From the human T2T-CHM13v2.0 reference genome, Homo sapiens, in the NCBI RefSeq assembly GCF_009914755.1, contig NC_060928.1: a DNA stretch of 64,000 bases; one strand, 5' to 3'. The notes beneath the pieces were generated by a model. That model saw only the letters and a program-made list of their open reading frames with translations. It did not search any database and was not told where the DNA came from. Position numbers and translations under genes: made by a program. Positions 43,621 to 62,298 of the stretch are shown one piece after another (the stretch's first letter is position 1; each line of letters opens with the position of its first letter).

Positions 43621-44374
43621 TTGCTTTTTCCTTTTCTTCCTCCAGTGCCTGTAGTCTTTACTTTACCTCTGCCTATGCTCTCTAGTTTATACCTAGTCTA
43701 GTGTCAAGAATTTGGCAGTACAAAAGCCTAAACTTTTTAACTTGAAGTGCTTTTTCTTTGTCTTTCAGCTTTCCCTTGGTTGAGGCAATGAATGCTACTG
43801 AATAAATGGGTAGAAAGTGACAGAAGATAAGAGAAATGCTTTAAAAAGGGTAGGCATCCTATTTCAAAATAGTATCAGTATTATCCCACTGTCCACGTAA
43901 AGAGCTACTTTTAGATTCAAATGATAAAATACATTTGAGGGGCAGGTTTTCTAGTTATAGTAACAGTAATATTTAATTTCTTCTTTAAAAGTCTAATACC
44001 ATATGAAAAAAATGACACTATAATAACTTTTTCCTCCACTGTGGTCATGACCCATCTTAAGTTAAAAACGGATTTTAGGAAAGCAAGAAAGAAACCATTC
44101 TCAGCAACAGAGGGCATGAGGTAGTATTTTAAAGAGACTGTAGATTTAAGACTAATAAAGTCAGTTAAACTTTGTAAAGTAGATACCTCCACATTTCATT
44201 AATAAATTGAAGGTTTAAATTTAAAGCATTTTTAAATGTTCATGATATACATTAAACAGCAAGAATGTCCATGTCAAGTATATTTGAAGATAAACATAAT
44301 GAGAAATATATGTAGATTTCAATTGATTTAGTCAGTATCTAGTGATATATGTTTTCTGATAATTCATTTTTGCA

Positions 44375-45916
44375 TGGCTATACATGAATTTCCAAGATTA
44401 TAATAAATTAGATGTTATAATATGAAAAATTATACAAGTCACTTGATATTTCATTATTAATTGGGTGTTTCTCCAGCAGTCAAGCTAGGCTCACTTGTTG
44501 GAATAGAATGCCACTGCTTAATGTATCTAATAATGTCTTCTAAAGGATGAAATTACAAGGGAGAGTCTGAAGAATAAGATCAATGAACTTATATTAGTGT
44601 AAATTATCACTGATTAATGAATACAACATTGGGGATTAAAATTTACTTAGAGCTTAAACTTACTGCCAGTTTCACAAGCTTAAATTGAATAAACATCCCA
44701 AGTATCCAAAATACAAATAATAGTAAGCTAATATTTATACCTGAAAATAATATTTATAACAGAAAATTATGACATTAAGAAATATATATTTGATAAGAAA
44801 TATTAAAATTGATTAGGACAAAAGCCTATATAAAAGGGTTTCCTATGTATTTTTTTCTGCAAATAATCTGTGCTAAATTGAGGTTAAAATTATTGTTTTG
44901 AAGTTGAAACTAGTAGCTTAAATGTATTTACCGTAGTTTTTAATGGTAGCTAAGTACCATAGTGCAATTAGGTCTTGCTTAGAGACATGAATCAATATGA
45001 AAATATTTTATTTTCATTTAATTTAAAAGGGATTAAATGGAGAAGTAAATGGATGTTTGTTACTACCTTCTATTTTCTTAAAAAAGTAATAGCCTCACCA
45101 TTATACATTGATTAGGTTACAGTCTAATCAAAGTAAACAGAAACACTGAGAAACAGACAAACAGGTCTGGGTTCTCTGACTAGGAGTTCCGCTTCTGAGA
45201 TACAGTCTTCTCAGTTTATGCTTGCTCTGTTCTGATACCAGTCGGGGTTGTATATCCAGAATACAGAAGGTAGGGGTTTTATATTAAGGGTATTAAAGCT
45301 TGATAGTGCCATAGTCGACAACTGCCTACGTGTGATGAATATGGTTCTGCTTCTCTGACTGTCTTAGGATGACGTAGGTTGCAGTGATTGAGAATTACAT
45401 AGTCAGTGGGCAGTTTCAAGGGGGAAGATCTGATCAAAATATTCTATGGTTAGGAGAAATGATGAACCTTCGAGATGCCATTTTCACACTTTTCTTTAGT
45501 GATCATATTCTTAATGAAAAAATGTACAAATGTTATATTGGCTTAAAAAAAGAAAGTATTTTCCCAGTTAAGAGAACAATATCGATTCAAAAATACTCTT
45601 TTCAATTTCCAGAACATATAATAGCATAACATACCCAATTAAAAATCAAAGGCAGTTATATGAGATTTTTATTTTAAATAAAACCTGTATCATATTGAAA
45701 AGGATTCTGCCATCTTCCAAGCATAATCTCAGTCTATAAAAACTATAAGGTAGCCTTCATATTTACAAATAAAGTTAGCCAATTATAATAGGCTAGTATG
45801 AGAAAAATATTCTTTTTATTCCCTGAGACTATGATTGGCTATACATGAATTTCTCTCCAAGATTATAATAAATTAGATGTTACAATATGGAAAATTATAC
45901 AAGTCACCTTATATTT
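44375..45916 (+). repeat. Dispersed ~77-bp direct duplication (44375-44451 and 45836-45916)
   Basis: TGGCTATACATGAATT(TCTC)TCCAAGATTATAATAAATTAGATGTTA...TATACAAGTCAC in both copies. Confidence 0.93.
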
Positions 45917-46739
45917 TCTAAGACTAGGAATCAAAATGAGATGATAAGCATCCTCCTCAGTGAACTTTGATTCTTGTCTCTTTGAAAATAAAGACAAAGC
46001 AGTTCCCATATCTACATATCTACAAGTATCACATAATGTCTAATTTATTCAATATTCTTGACAATTTCTTTAGGGAATTTTAGCTTATCACTCTAGCAGT
46101 CAGTAAGTACTAAACAAATTTATTAAGTAATGAATATAAATTGGGAAGATATAGATACTTATTTAGGCATAATTAAAACTTACAATTTCTTTATTAATTT
46201 TTTGTTAATTATTTTGAAATAGTAAGGTTTTTTTAAGATTTTATCATTTCAAATAGTTTTAACAAGGAATCAGTATTGTATCTTTCTTTATTAAATGAAG
46301 TCATTTAAGCTGTTGAGTCCTGATCATAAATAGTATATTGATATAAATCATACTTACACATTTAATAAAATGAAAAGAGAACAATTCTAAGCACATCAAT
46401 AATGTGAATATATTTAGTAGAGAAGGTATGTATGATAATGCTGTCATTGGGAAGTGTTTCTAAATAAAACAATTGATTCTGATATATCTGTATTTAGTTT
46501 AAAAATAGCAAAACAGGAGAAATATGTGTTCTTCTGCCTAATCTATATATATATATATTTAAAATAAACTTTAAACTTGATAATGTCTTAGAATTATACA
46601 AATAATGTAACAAATAGTTTTTAATGAATAATGATTCTCAGTTTCTAATCTTTCCCCATTTTTTTTTCTTTTGTTACTTTGAAGAAACATTACAAAATGA
46701 ATGTAATGCTTAAATTATGTTTGCGTACCTTGGAATTAA

Positions 46740-47109
<370 letters not shown>

Positions 47110-47519
47110 CGAGATGCCTGTCTTTTAAATGTGATACTACATAGGCAAAGTTTGATTTCTTGACCACTCACGTAATTCAAAACCATATATGTGTGTGTAG
47201 AATACCATTAAAAACAATAAAATGTAATAAAAAGAAAACAGTACTTCTAAGATAAAAGAAACCCATAGTAATTCATTTTCACTCCATTTATACTTACATC
47301 TCCTTAGCATGCCCATCTTTCAAAATGAAATATAGATTTTCTATCTCTCACTCATCAGAATCTAGTAAGTTTAAGATTCTTAATCTAAAGAGAAGGGCAT
47401 TGAATGTTCTTCACATTTTGTTATTTGCCTACTTTTCCAGCATTGCTTGCCCCACCACCATATGTCCACCAACTGTGGATTTCCCTGATGCCTTTCAAGT
47501 AAGTATTGTCACCTCCATT

Positions 47520-47545
47520 GAGAGAGAGAGAGAGAGAGAGAGAGA
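47520..47545. repeat. (AG)n microsatellite
   Basis: Seen directly. Confidence 0.95.
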
Positions 47546-48419
47546 CTGGCTCAACTCACATAGGACTCAAATCTTCCTCTCTACCTTTTTATGAGCCCTT
47601 TGCTTTTTTCACTGTACCACAGTGATCTGGATGAGATACAGAAAGAGACTGTTTCTTGCTTATATTGGTAGGAAATATCTATATAAAAATTCATTCTCAA
47701 CATGACCATTTTTGCCTCTAAAATATAACCATGTCCTGACAACATATTAATTTCAATCTAACAAGTATCTGCATACTCACATAAAAGGTTCTGAAACTAG
47801 AAATAAAAACAAGAGAGGATCAGTGTCCTCATTGGGTGAATCTATTTTTGAGAAGAGTGCATGAGGCTTGGCGAATGGAAGTGAGGGACAGAGTGTAGGA
47901 GCTTTGTAAAAAAAAAAAGAAAGTGTAATTCTTTCGATAGTACTTAATTACAGGATGCATTTTCCCCTGTTACATGTATGCTTCTTTAATTGATACAATT
48001 TTTAAAGACAGTCATTTACATTTAATTCCCTTTCAAACATTACCTAATTGATTTTCGTCCAAACTTTCTGATTCAAATTATTTCATACCTGAAAACAAAA
48101 CAAAACAAAATCTGTCAGCTTTTAAAAATCTCAGATATCATGTTAATTTTCTTCCCACAGACTCAGAAAATTTTTTTAAGCTGCTTTATTTTTGAGATGT
48201 TGTCAAAAACAGCTTCACTCCTTGCAGAAGTCTTGGAATTACTTTGCTGAAAGAGATAACATTTCTTCCTGTTTTCCAAAGACTGCATAAGATGATCGTT
48301 TGGGGACTATCTTTGTTTCCTCAAGTCTGTCATGCAAGAGTGAATAGATGACTTAAAATTCTAGGTCATATCTACTCCTCTATATTTATTTCACTTCAGT
48401 CACATAAAAGTACTGCATT

Positions 48420-48840
48420 TTCCTGTTTCCTGATCTTCCTATGACCTTTCACACATCCTTTCATTCTACTTGTTTCTCCCTTGGCTTAAATGTCCTGACC
48501 ATTTTATCCAGAATGCCTTGTAAATTCTCAAGTAGTCCTTACCCACAAAAAAGGTAATTCCTCCTTGAAACTCTCCTGTCTTTGCCTTTTTCCAAAATGT
48601 TTGTGTGTGTTCTCTTCCGTATTCCTCCTGTATCACTGTATACATACATCTTTCAGAGACATATACATAGCTCTGTTCCAGTGGTTTGTTGGCCAATCAG
48701 TCACACCATTTACACTGTCAGGCTACTACATTGTGGCCCTCTAGAAAAGAATAATCTTCCATTTATCTTGATATCCTTAGACTGACATACTCCCTGACTA
48801 ATGGGAGGTACTTAAAAAAATACTGAGACATGAATGAGTA
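48420..48840 (+). mobile_element. L2 3' fragment
   Basis: Pyrimidine-rich body ending TGACTAATGGGAGGTACTTAAAAAAATACTGAGACATGAATGA. Confidence 0.55.
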
Positions 48841-50071
48841 ACCAGATTACTTTACATCTCAATTTATGTCTTTTAAGTTCTATTTCGTCATATTCTGTTA
48901 AAAGTTATGTTCTGTGTATCTTGTAACTGGCGCAAAATATAGCATTTTTTAGAAAGCACTTTTTTAAAAATCCAAGCCTGTGGTTTTACTTACTTGCTGT
49001 TATGACAGGTCAACTTTAAAATAGATTGCATCATAAAATCAGCTAGAGCATTTGCCTGAAAGAAATGGAAAAGCTTAGAGTATTTCAGTGAAGCTTTTGA
49101 TAAAATGTCCTCTGATTGGTGAAAGACTCTCCAGTGATACCCAATGGAAAGAAAATTAGGAAAAGTCCAGAAAGAAGCAGTTTGTGCTCTTTTTCTCTCT
49201 GTAGTTTCTTCATCAAGTTAGTTAAAACAAAGAAATAAAAAAAGGACTTTTTTCCTTTTGCAATTACTATAAAAATATTTTGTATATGTATTTTTTGAGA
49301 TATGTATAAAATCAAAGTTTTTAAAAAATAGTAGTTAAGAGTTAGAATTAAAATATCACATTTTTGGAAAGGTTTTGAATTCTCTGTATAAAGCATTCAA
49401 ATAAATTTAAATTCCCATGACTGAGATTAAGTGGTATTAGATAAAGCACTGATTTACAGGAATTACAGATGTAGGAAAGAGTTAGTAAATTTTTTATCAT
49501 TTTCATTACCCATGTACAATTCTTTTAATCCACATTATGTAGATAATTTATATAGTCCAGTACTCTCCAAATGTGAGGAAAAAAGAAAATCGCTTGTCAA
49601 ATAGCTTGTAATATGTACTCTGAGATGTTTGAATATATGTTTACATTTTTTTAAATGATAATTGAAAGGACATAAGCTGTTTTCCAAATTTACACATAGT
49701 GCTCATATCCCAAGAACATATAAACGTACACCAGGGAACAGCTTGCTTTATTTGAGCACGTGCAATGTAGAATAGAGTTAATATTAGAGTTAAGTATTGA
49801 GTTAATATAAACCCCATCTCCATTTTAGACATCAGAGACTTCTTTCTCAATTACTGCACTTTCTAATCATATTCATTGTCTCCTGTAGTTCTCACAAATC
49901 TCTCTGTTGTTATTTCACTATAACTAAGCTAGAGGAAGCAAGGTCAATCCAGATAGAGCTGACAGCAGAGTTCAAGCCTTTCAGCCCTAGATATGCGCTG
50001 TCTTAGGGTAATGCAAAAAAAAAAAAAACAAAAAAAACAGTCTTTATTAAGTGAGAATAAACCTCAAGCCA

Positions 50072-50136
50072 GGAAGGAAGAAAGGAAGGGAGGGAGGAAG
50101 CTAGGGAAGGAAAGAAGGAGGGAAGGAAGGGGAAAA
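50072..50136. repeat. (GGAA)-like purine low-complexity tract
   Basis: Seen directly. Confidence 0.85.
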
Positions 50137-50512
50137 GTATTAGTTCTTACACTGCCATAAAGAAATACCTGAGACTGGGTAATTTATAAAGAAAAGAGGT
50201 TTAATTGACTCACAGTTCTGCATGCTGTACAGGAAGCATGGCTGGGGGAGCCTCAGGGAGCTTTTACTCATGGCACAAGGCAAAGCCGGAACAGGCATCC
50301 TCACGTGGCCAGAGCAGAAGGAAGGGTTTGGGGGGAGGTACCACACACTCTTAAACAACCAGATTTCATGAACACTCACGCACTATTGCAGCAGCACCAA
50401 GAGGGAAGTCTGCCCCCAAGATCCAGTCACCTTCTACCACGCCCCAGTTCCAACATTGGGGATTACAATTTGACAGGAGATTTGGGTGGGGACACAGATC
50501 CAAACCATATCA
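50137..50512 (-). mobile_element. MSTA-like MaLR solo LTR
   Basis: GTATTAG...AAATACCTGAGACTGGGTAATTTATAAAGAAAAGAGG...GGGACACAGATCCAAACCATATCA. Confidence 0.9.
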
Positions 50513-51135
50513 GGAAGAAAGGAGTAAGCAAGATGAATGCAGAGAAAGTGGAACAGAGCATGTAAGAAGAGCCAGTGTTATAGAACAATAGGAGGAAGTA
50601 GGCTTAAAAAAACTAAAATGTAGAGAAATAGGAAATTAATAATTGTTTTACAGATGCCAAAGAGGCAAAGTTTAAAACTAGGAGTTGCTGGATATCAAAA
50701 GCTACAAAAAAGGCTGCAGAGAATGACACGAGGAAATTGCGTGACTGTATCAGTCATTAGGGAGTTATCAGTTTTATATGAAATCTGTAATTCTTATCAC
50801 AACATAAGATCATAAAGCAGAAATGGTAAAATCACAAACGTAACATCTATAGAATTACCATAAGCCTGGAGTTCCTATCTTTATATTTAAATGTATAATT
50901 GAGCTTAATGATAGATGAAATTTGAACATGCAACCTCAGTGAATACAGAATGTTATTGATCTGATTAAAGTTTAAAAACCTGTCACCATGATGTAGAGAT
51001 TTCCATTAAATGTAAGACCCCCAGAAATGATGCAGAAATGCAAATGATACAGAGCGCATGATTCTTGAACGATGTTGTCTTTTTTAAAAATATATTTCTT
51101 TTAAAATTCATCCCCTGAGGTGCTCACTGGTATAA

Positions 51136-51428
<293 letters not shown>

Positions 51429-51444
51429 TACCTTTTTTAAATTT

Positions 51445-51498
<54 letters not shown>
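51445..51498. repeat. (TTTA)n microsatellite
   Basis: Seen directly. Confidence 0.95.
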
Positions 51499-51501
<3 letters not shown>

Positions 51502-51502
51502 A

Positions 51503-51928
<426 letters not shown>

Positions 51929-53139
51929 TAGAGCAAAGACTTTGGAGAACATCCTTCTAGAAGATAAGCAGGAGTAGAAGTAATCTAGTGGCCAGTTTAC
52001 CAGTAAAATCCATGATGGCAGGGAAAAAAGAAAATACGTAGGGGAGGAATCCTTGGAAAACTTCTGTTCTCCATTCACCTAACATTAAATAAATAAATAT
52101 GCCCAAGAACTTCAGTTTCATTAAAGAGTTATTGTCAGTGTAGCTGATTTGTCTGAGAGAAATTTAAGTGAGAGTCAAGTGTAATAATTGTAGAAATACA
52201 ATTTCACAGGAAACAATGAAAAGCTTTGGTTTGCTTTTGTATCCTCCCAGGCTAACAAGACATACTCAGGATTTTTTTAAGTGGATAATAACCTACAAAG
52301 TTTGCCCATTTTTCTTAATGATATCTTTCCTTTCGTATGATTAAAAAGATATGGATTCCGTGCCTGTTTGCAAGTGAGAACAAGATCATTTAAATTAACC
52401 TCAATAATTAGAAATATTTTGGTAAAAATCCTCCTCAAATTATCACTATAGTAATAACAACTTCAAAATGTATTGCTTCACATAAATTTCTACAAAAAAA
52501 AAAATCCTGGATTTTAGTGTATGGCCAGAAATTACAAATATCTTTGAAAAAGTACTTATTTGAACTGAGTTTATTTGGTTTTTTTAGAGGCAATTCATTC
52601 TGTCAACACTTATTGAATCATAATACATATAAAGAAATATATAATCCTGTGCACTTTTCTAGAAGTAGAAACCAATAAAAACTTATTAAATTACATTTAT
52701 TTTATTGTAATTATGTCATTTAGGTCAAAACTTACACCTTCTAGGCCAAAGCTGAATTTAAATATATGAACATAGAATTATTTTATTTATTCAGACTGAA
52801 AATCTTTGGTAAGCAGTAAAGTAGGCCCTCAGATGTGAAGAAGAAAAGGCTTCTATGCCCATGGAGCTTCTGTACTATTAGGAGTTAGCAGCAATTTCCA
52901 AATAGGGTGGTAGGTAAGAGATGGGGACAAGCACTTTCAATATCTGTAAATTGTTAATTTTTAAATGAAAAGTAATTAGTTAGCTGCAGCTGTGTATTTT
53001 TTATAATTAACTGCATCTATGTATTTTGTAAGAAAGTTCTCAACCATCGGAGTATTATGAGGAGCAAAAAAACACAGGAAAGATCCTTGCTTACGTTTAA
53101 GTATAGGTCATTTGCCAAAATATGCATGTGCATGAGTGA

Positions 53140-53480
53140 AGTAGCATAATGCTAGCTGCTATGACAAATAAAGACCAATCACCAATCCTTACTGGTTTCA
53201 TACAAAAAAAAAAGAGTTTTCTTGCTGACATAATAATCCCACGTGAGCATTTCTGATTGACAGGTGGGCTTCCATGCGGTTAATCACAGCCTCCAAGACC
53301 TCCATGGTTGTGGGACTTTCTTGCTGTAAGGCCTGTGCATCCTCTACATCCTTCAGTTGGTAGATTGGGGAATGACACATGAAAGGAAGCAAAAATTATC
53401 TCCTCTCTCATTCCACTGGTGAGAATCATATTCCTTCCTGTAAGCAAGGAAGGATGAGAAAGATGATCCCTGACTCTAGA
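53140..53480 (-). mobile_element. Old MaLR LTR (MLT1J/K/L-like)
   Basis: ATAATGCTAGCTGCTATGACAAATA...CTCTCATTCCACTGGTGAGAATCA. Confidence 0.55.
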
Positions 53481-53491
53481 TTAAGAACAAT

Positions 53492-53541
53492 GACCAGCCT
53501 GGGCAACATGGGAAACCTTGTCTCTATAAAAATAAAAAAAA
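53492..53541 (+). mobile_element. Short Alu/FLAM fragment
   Basis: GACCAGCCTGGGCAACATGGGAAACCTTGTCTCTATAAAAATAAAAAAA. Confidence 0.75.
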
Positions 53542-53544
53542 TGC

Positions 53545-53888
53545 AGAATACTACTTAGGAATTAATACCTGGAGAAGATTTGGGTGAAGAAAGAAGTTAA
53601 AAGATGATTTAGTCTCAACAACAAGCCCTTGGACAATTCCATCTGGAGTTTATAAAACAATTAAGACTATATATGATCCACATTGGGCCAAAGTACCCCT
53701 TCAGGGATCAGGCACTGGGTGTGGACCACCCTAGAAAGGGCGTGTTCTTCCCCAAGGCTGATCTCTGCAGCTGGGGCAAAGCCTGAACAAGGTGGCATCT
53801 GGTAGACAGCTGACCCACTGCCAGCAGGTGTGGCACCAAACCTTTCCTTAAAGGAGGAATTGGAGAATGCAGGTCCATGCCCTCCATG
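53545..53888 (-). mobile_element. LTR16-like ERVL LTR fragment
   Basis: CACTGGGTGTGGACCACCCTAGAAAGGG...TCTCTGCAGCTGGGGCAA...CTTTCCTTAAAGGAGGAATTGG. Confidence 0.55.
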
Positions 53889-54439
53889 TCTTCCTTTTCT
53901 TGAATTTATCACCAGTACTGAGACTATGTTCAAGAATATCTTTGTTTTCATGAAATGTACACAAAGACACAAGCATTCAGGGTAGGTTTGTAGTTATTTT
54001 AAAGCAAGTGGTTAAATTTTAAAAATTACAACTTAATGGCAATTGTCATTGTCAGGCTTACGCAAAACAGATGTAGCCTGAGATTTTCTTCCATGTGCTG
54101 TATTCTGTGGTTTCATTTTCAAGTGAGGAAAATGTTTTGAAGGAGAAGAAGAGATGAAAAGCCTCCATTATATTCCATTGCATTAAATAAATTATGAAGG
54201 ATTATATACATGAGTCTATAATATTTAGTATGCAAGGATTAATAACATCTTCAAAAAATTAAAGTGTGACAGGATAACAGCATATATGTGGATAAACTAC
54301 AAAACAGTAAGACACAAAGACACATCAGCCTCAGAAGGGCAAGAAGTCTCGTGAAAGATAGCTGGGAGAGGTGCCATTTGCATTAGGACTGTGAGAATAC
54401 CAGTGGAGAGAGCAGCTGCTTATAGAATAAATACATTTT

Positions 54440-54463
54440 GCACGCACACACACACACACACAC
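54440..54463. repeat. (CA)n microsatellite
   Basis: Seen directly. Confidence 0.9.
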
Positions 54464-55922
54464 GATGGAAAAGAAAACTCACAATTTTATATTCTACAAA
54501 CTCAAATTACTGTATCTGTAAATACATAGTAAAATGTGTGTATGTATCTTAAGAAAAACATCTATGTCAAATACATATTCTTAAAAGTACTTTGGCATGA
54601 TTATAGAAGCAAATGTGACTTTTTTATTGACCTATAAAATGAATACATTATTTATGGATAAATTTTGCAACTAAAAATATAAAACAAACATTTTCTGAGT
54701 TTGCTAGTTAAGACAACCAAACAAACTAACTAAATAAATGAAGCAATCAACAGCCTCTTTCTTCCCAACCAAAGTAAGAAAGCTGAAAGAAAGCACTCAT
54801 TTGGGGAGAGAAGTTTAATTCCTATTTGCCATCAATGCTTTCCATTGTCACTGCTACCATTTCTTTTGTAGGAATAGTTCTGGACTGTGTTGACAGTAGC
54901 AGGGCCTAAATAGAACAGAGAATTTCTAACAGGCTTTGTCACAGTCAATAAAGAACCCACAAGAATTTGGTTTCTTGATCTCATGTATTTTTTTCTTCAA
55001 CTGTAAAGGAAATTAAGTGGACTGTCTATTCCATTTCCCTCTTGGGTACAGGTTGCAATAATATTTGTGTTTCATAAAAGGCTTTCTATCTTTCATAAGG
55101 ACATAGTATCTAATTTATCAAACAATGTATTTTGCAAGTCTCAGCTGAAACATATATCAAAGAATGAACAGGTTTGGAATAAAATAAAATGGCACAAAAG
55201 GAGAAAAAGCAGAGCAATCCGGAGAGAAAAACACAGAAAGGAAATATTTTTCCCAGTTATATGTGTTGCTCATCTCCCTTATATAAACATCCATAGCACC
55301 CTAGTGTTTTCATCTTATCTCATATCCACTGTAGATAAAATTCAGCTGAGGGCAATAATAATTGATCTTTTCTTTTCACTAGGTATGTAATCGAAAATAC
55401 TGACAACTTCTTGGTTACTATCACTGTAAAAATATATGATGATAGACCAGATCATAGAAAATATATGACTTCTGCATTCTAGGATATCTCCTCGAAAAGT
55501 AACTAATCTTCCATATCATTAAATAGCCAACATTCAGTGTGAACACCCATTAGCATGAAACATACAAGACAGTGAAATATTCTAACATCGTTTGTATTTG
55601 ACCCTACAATGCATTCATGAAATTATTTTACTTGGGGAAATAATTTTTTAAAACTAATTGTTTCACTTATCTTTGTGTTCTTATTATCTTCTCTGAGTTT
55701 CCCTTCCCATGCTGAGAAGTTGTGTGAGGCAATAGGAGTGGGGAATATTGGGGGAAGCTGTAGTTCTTGTGTGGGTCTGTATATGTGCGTGTGAAAAAAT
55801 CCAAAACATCTGACAGTCACTGGGCCTCTGGAAAGGGAGAGATACCCTTAAGTAATATTTCCTTCCAGTAAAGTGTAATTATACAATGTGGAGACTAAAT
55901 GTATCACAATCACATAGATGGG

Positions 55923-55958
<36 letters not shown>

Positions 55959-56071
55959 ACATACATATATACACACATATATATGTGCGTGTATGTGTGT
56001 ATATACATATATATGTGTATGTATACATACACATATATATGTATATACACACATACACGCACATATATACA
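55923..56071. repeat. Alternating purine-pyrimidine tract containing a perfect 92-bp palindrome
   Basis: 55978-56069 is its own reverse complement, centred on GTATAC at 56021-56026. Confidence 0.93.
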
Positions 56072-56249
56072 AAGCTTTAGTTCAATAAAGAATTTTTTAA
56101 AAATCTGAATCTTCAGCCTATGAACTGGCATCCTTCTTTTCCAAATTAGCCCAATACTTATTATTGGCTCATTGGTTTTTATTTTTGAAATTTATTCTTC
56201 ATGTGGATTCTCAGTGAGCAATAATGAACAATGAAAAAGGCATAGAGCT

Positions 56250-60068
<3,819 letters not shown>

Positions 60069-60309
60069 TCATTTCCAACAGAAGAAAATGTAGAGATGTG
60101 TTCAGCAAAACATATTGGCATTAATAAATTTGGCACACATGAATTGAACTCCTACTGTGAAAGATACTATGCTGGATGATGGGAATATAGAGTTGAGTCT
60201 GACATGCCTCTGAAAACCAGTAGGTGTTCCAAGACAGAGACATGAGTTAACAGAAGGCAGAAAACATTCACTGCAACAGGATGATGATGTTTAGGAGGAA
60301 GAAGAGGAG

Positions 60310-60535
60310 AATGAATGTTTATATAGTACATAGCACACAGCAGGCAACATCATCTCTACTTTCCTTGCAATCACTTATTTAATTCTCACAACACTAGGAG
60401 ATCTGTAGTACTATTACCCATTTTTCAGAGTAGGAAATAGTGCCTTGGAGATATTGAACTGTTCCCTCAAGTTCACACAGCTACTCAGTCAAGCCAGCAA
60501 TCAGCCTTTGGTCTGTCTGACTCTGATTCCTAAAA
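60310..60535 (-). mobile_element. MIR, flanked by L2 fragments (~60120-60300 and ~60560-60900)
   Basis: ATTTAATTCTCACAAC...CTATTACCCATTTTTCAGAGTAGGAAA...CAAGTTCACACAGCTA...GGTCTGTCTGACTC. Confidence 0.8.
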
Positions 60536-61956
60536 TGCATATAGTCATATTGTAGGTATTTAGCAACTTAATGAATGAAGAAAGATGGTGATATATAGCA
60601 CGTAGACTAAGGAGGACTTGAGTCATAGACTAAGTTACTTGGAGGATTGAAAATGAAGAAGAGTATACATGATTCTAATTATTTGAACAGGGATAGAAGG
60701 ATGCATATAGAAGAGAAAGGGAAGAAGCAAAAATGATTCCAATTTTGGAAAAATCTTAGTTTTGGAAAATTAGATGCTGTGATGCTACAAACAGAAAAAT
60801 GACCACGAAAGAGGAGAAAGATTAGTAGAGAATATGGCTTTTGTTTTTAATCAATTAACTTTGAGGTTTAAATGAAGTGGACATTAAGTCATAAAGGTCA
60901 TTGTTAAAAAAATTCTTTATTACTAGAAATATCTAATATCAATTTACTCAATGACATTTGAAAAAAAAATGAAATACATAGGGAAATATCAGAAAAGGAA
61001 TCTCACTAAACTCTGCCTGTACTCCTTATCTCCTCAGTATGTCTGGCTAGCAAATGAGAACATTTTCAAAATATATTACACTATAAATAATCTGCTCTCT
61101 GTGTTTTAACCAGCCTCTTTAAAAAATTGTTATTATTTCTAGAGAACACTTCAGTGTCATTATTTCAGATAATGTAAATGTCAGAAATCATTATCAGGTG
61201 TGAAGTTATTGCCTTCTCTTTTTTTTATTAAGCAAATTTTAAAATAATAAAATTTTCTGTGATTTGTAATATCAACATTTATAGAATTTCTCAAGAAAAC
61301 ATTTATGATTTATTATTATTTATAGCGAAGTAAGCAAAAATTGCTTCTGGTTGTGTTTTGTGGGCTGCAGTATTGTATTTGACTGCAAATGGAGAGCTAT
61401 AAATTTAGCTGGTTTAGAAAAATTTAACTAAGTAGTTGTTTGTATATTCAGCCATATTAGTTATTAACAGATGAGAAAATATAATGTTGATTTTATACTT
61501 TGGAAGTACGCCCTAGTTACCTGAATTGTCTTTTCTTCAATTACATAATTAGAATTGCATCAATTAATTAAACAAGGCTATGTCCAATCTCGCTAAGATA
61601 ATTTTGCACACTGTTTTTTCTGGAACATTTCTATCCTAACAATAACATAGCTGAAACACTGGTCTCCCAAGTTAAATTAAGAGAGTCTCTCCCTTATGCT
61701 TTTCTGGTTATAAAGCAAAGTCTTTGCCTGTCACCGAACCATACTGGGCAACATTACTTTGCAGAAGTGGAAGGAAGAAGCTGAGACTCCCATTCCAGCG
61801 TGTGGTCCATGTGACGCTTTGTGGTTTCCCTTTATAAAGCACAGCCTTGTTAATACTGTTGATCCTCCAAGTAAGAACTTTGCAAACTGGGTTTTAGTTG
61901 ACACGAGTTTTATAGGACCTATTTATAGGAGTCAGCATCTATAGTTATGTAGAATA

Positions 61957-62298
61957 CAGTCATGCATAGTTTAATGATGGGGGGTGCATTCTGAGAAACG
62001 TGTCCTTAGGCAATTTCCTGGTTGTATGAACATCACAGAGTGTACTTACCTTGATGATGCAGCTATTGCACACCTAGGCTATATGGTAGGATCTGCTGCT
62101 CCTGGGCTACAAACCTGCACGCATGTGACTGTACTGAATACTATAAGCAATTGTAACGCAATGATAAGGGTTTGTGTGTCTAAATATATCTAAACATAGA
62201 AAAAGTACAGTAAAAATGGGTTGTTACAATCTTGTAGGACCATGGTCTTTATACGTGGTCTGTCATTGACCAAAACATTCTCATGCAGCACACGACTG
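61957..62298 (+). mobile_element. Tigger3a/MER7A-like DNA transposon
   Basis: TA|CAGTCATG...CACGACTG|TA with terminal inverted repeats and TA TSD; TTCTGAGAAACGTGTCCTTAGGCAATTTC. Confidence 0.88.
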
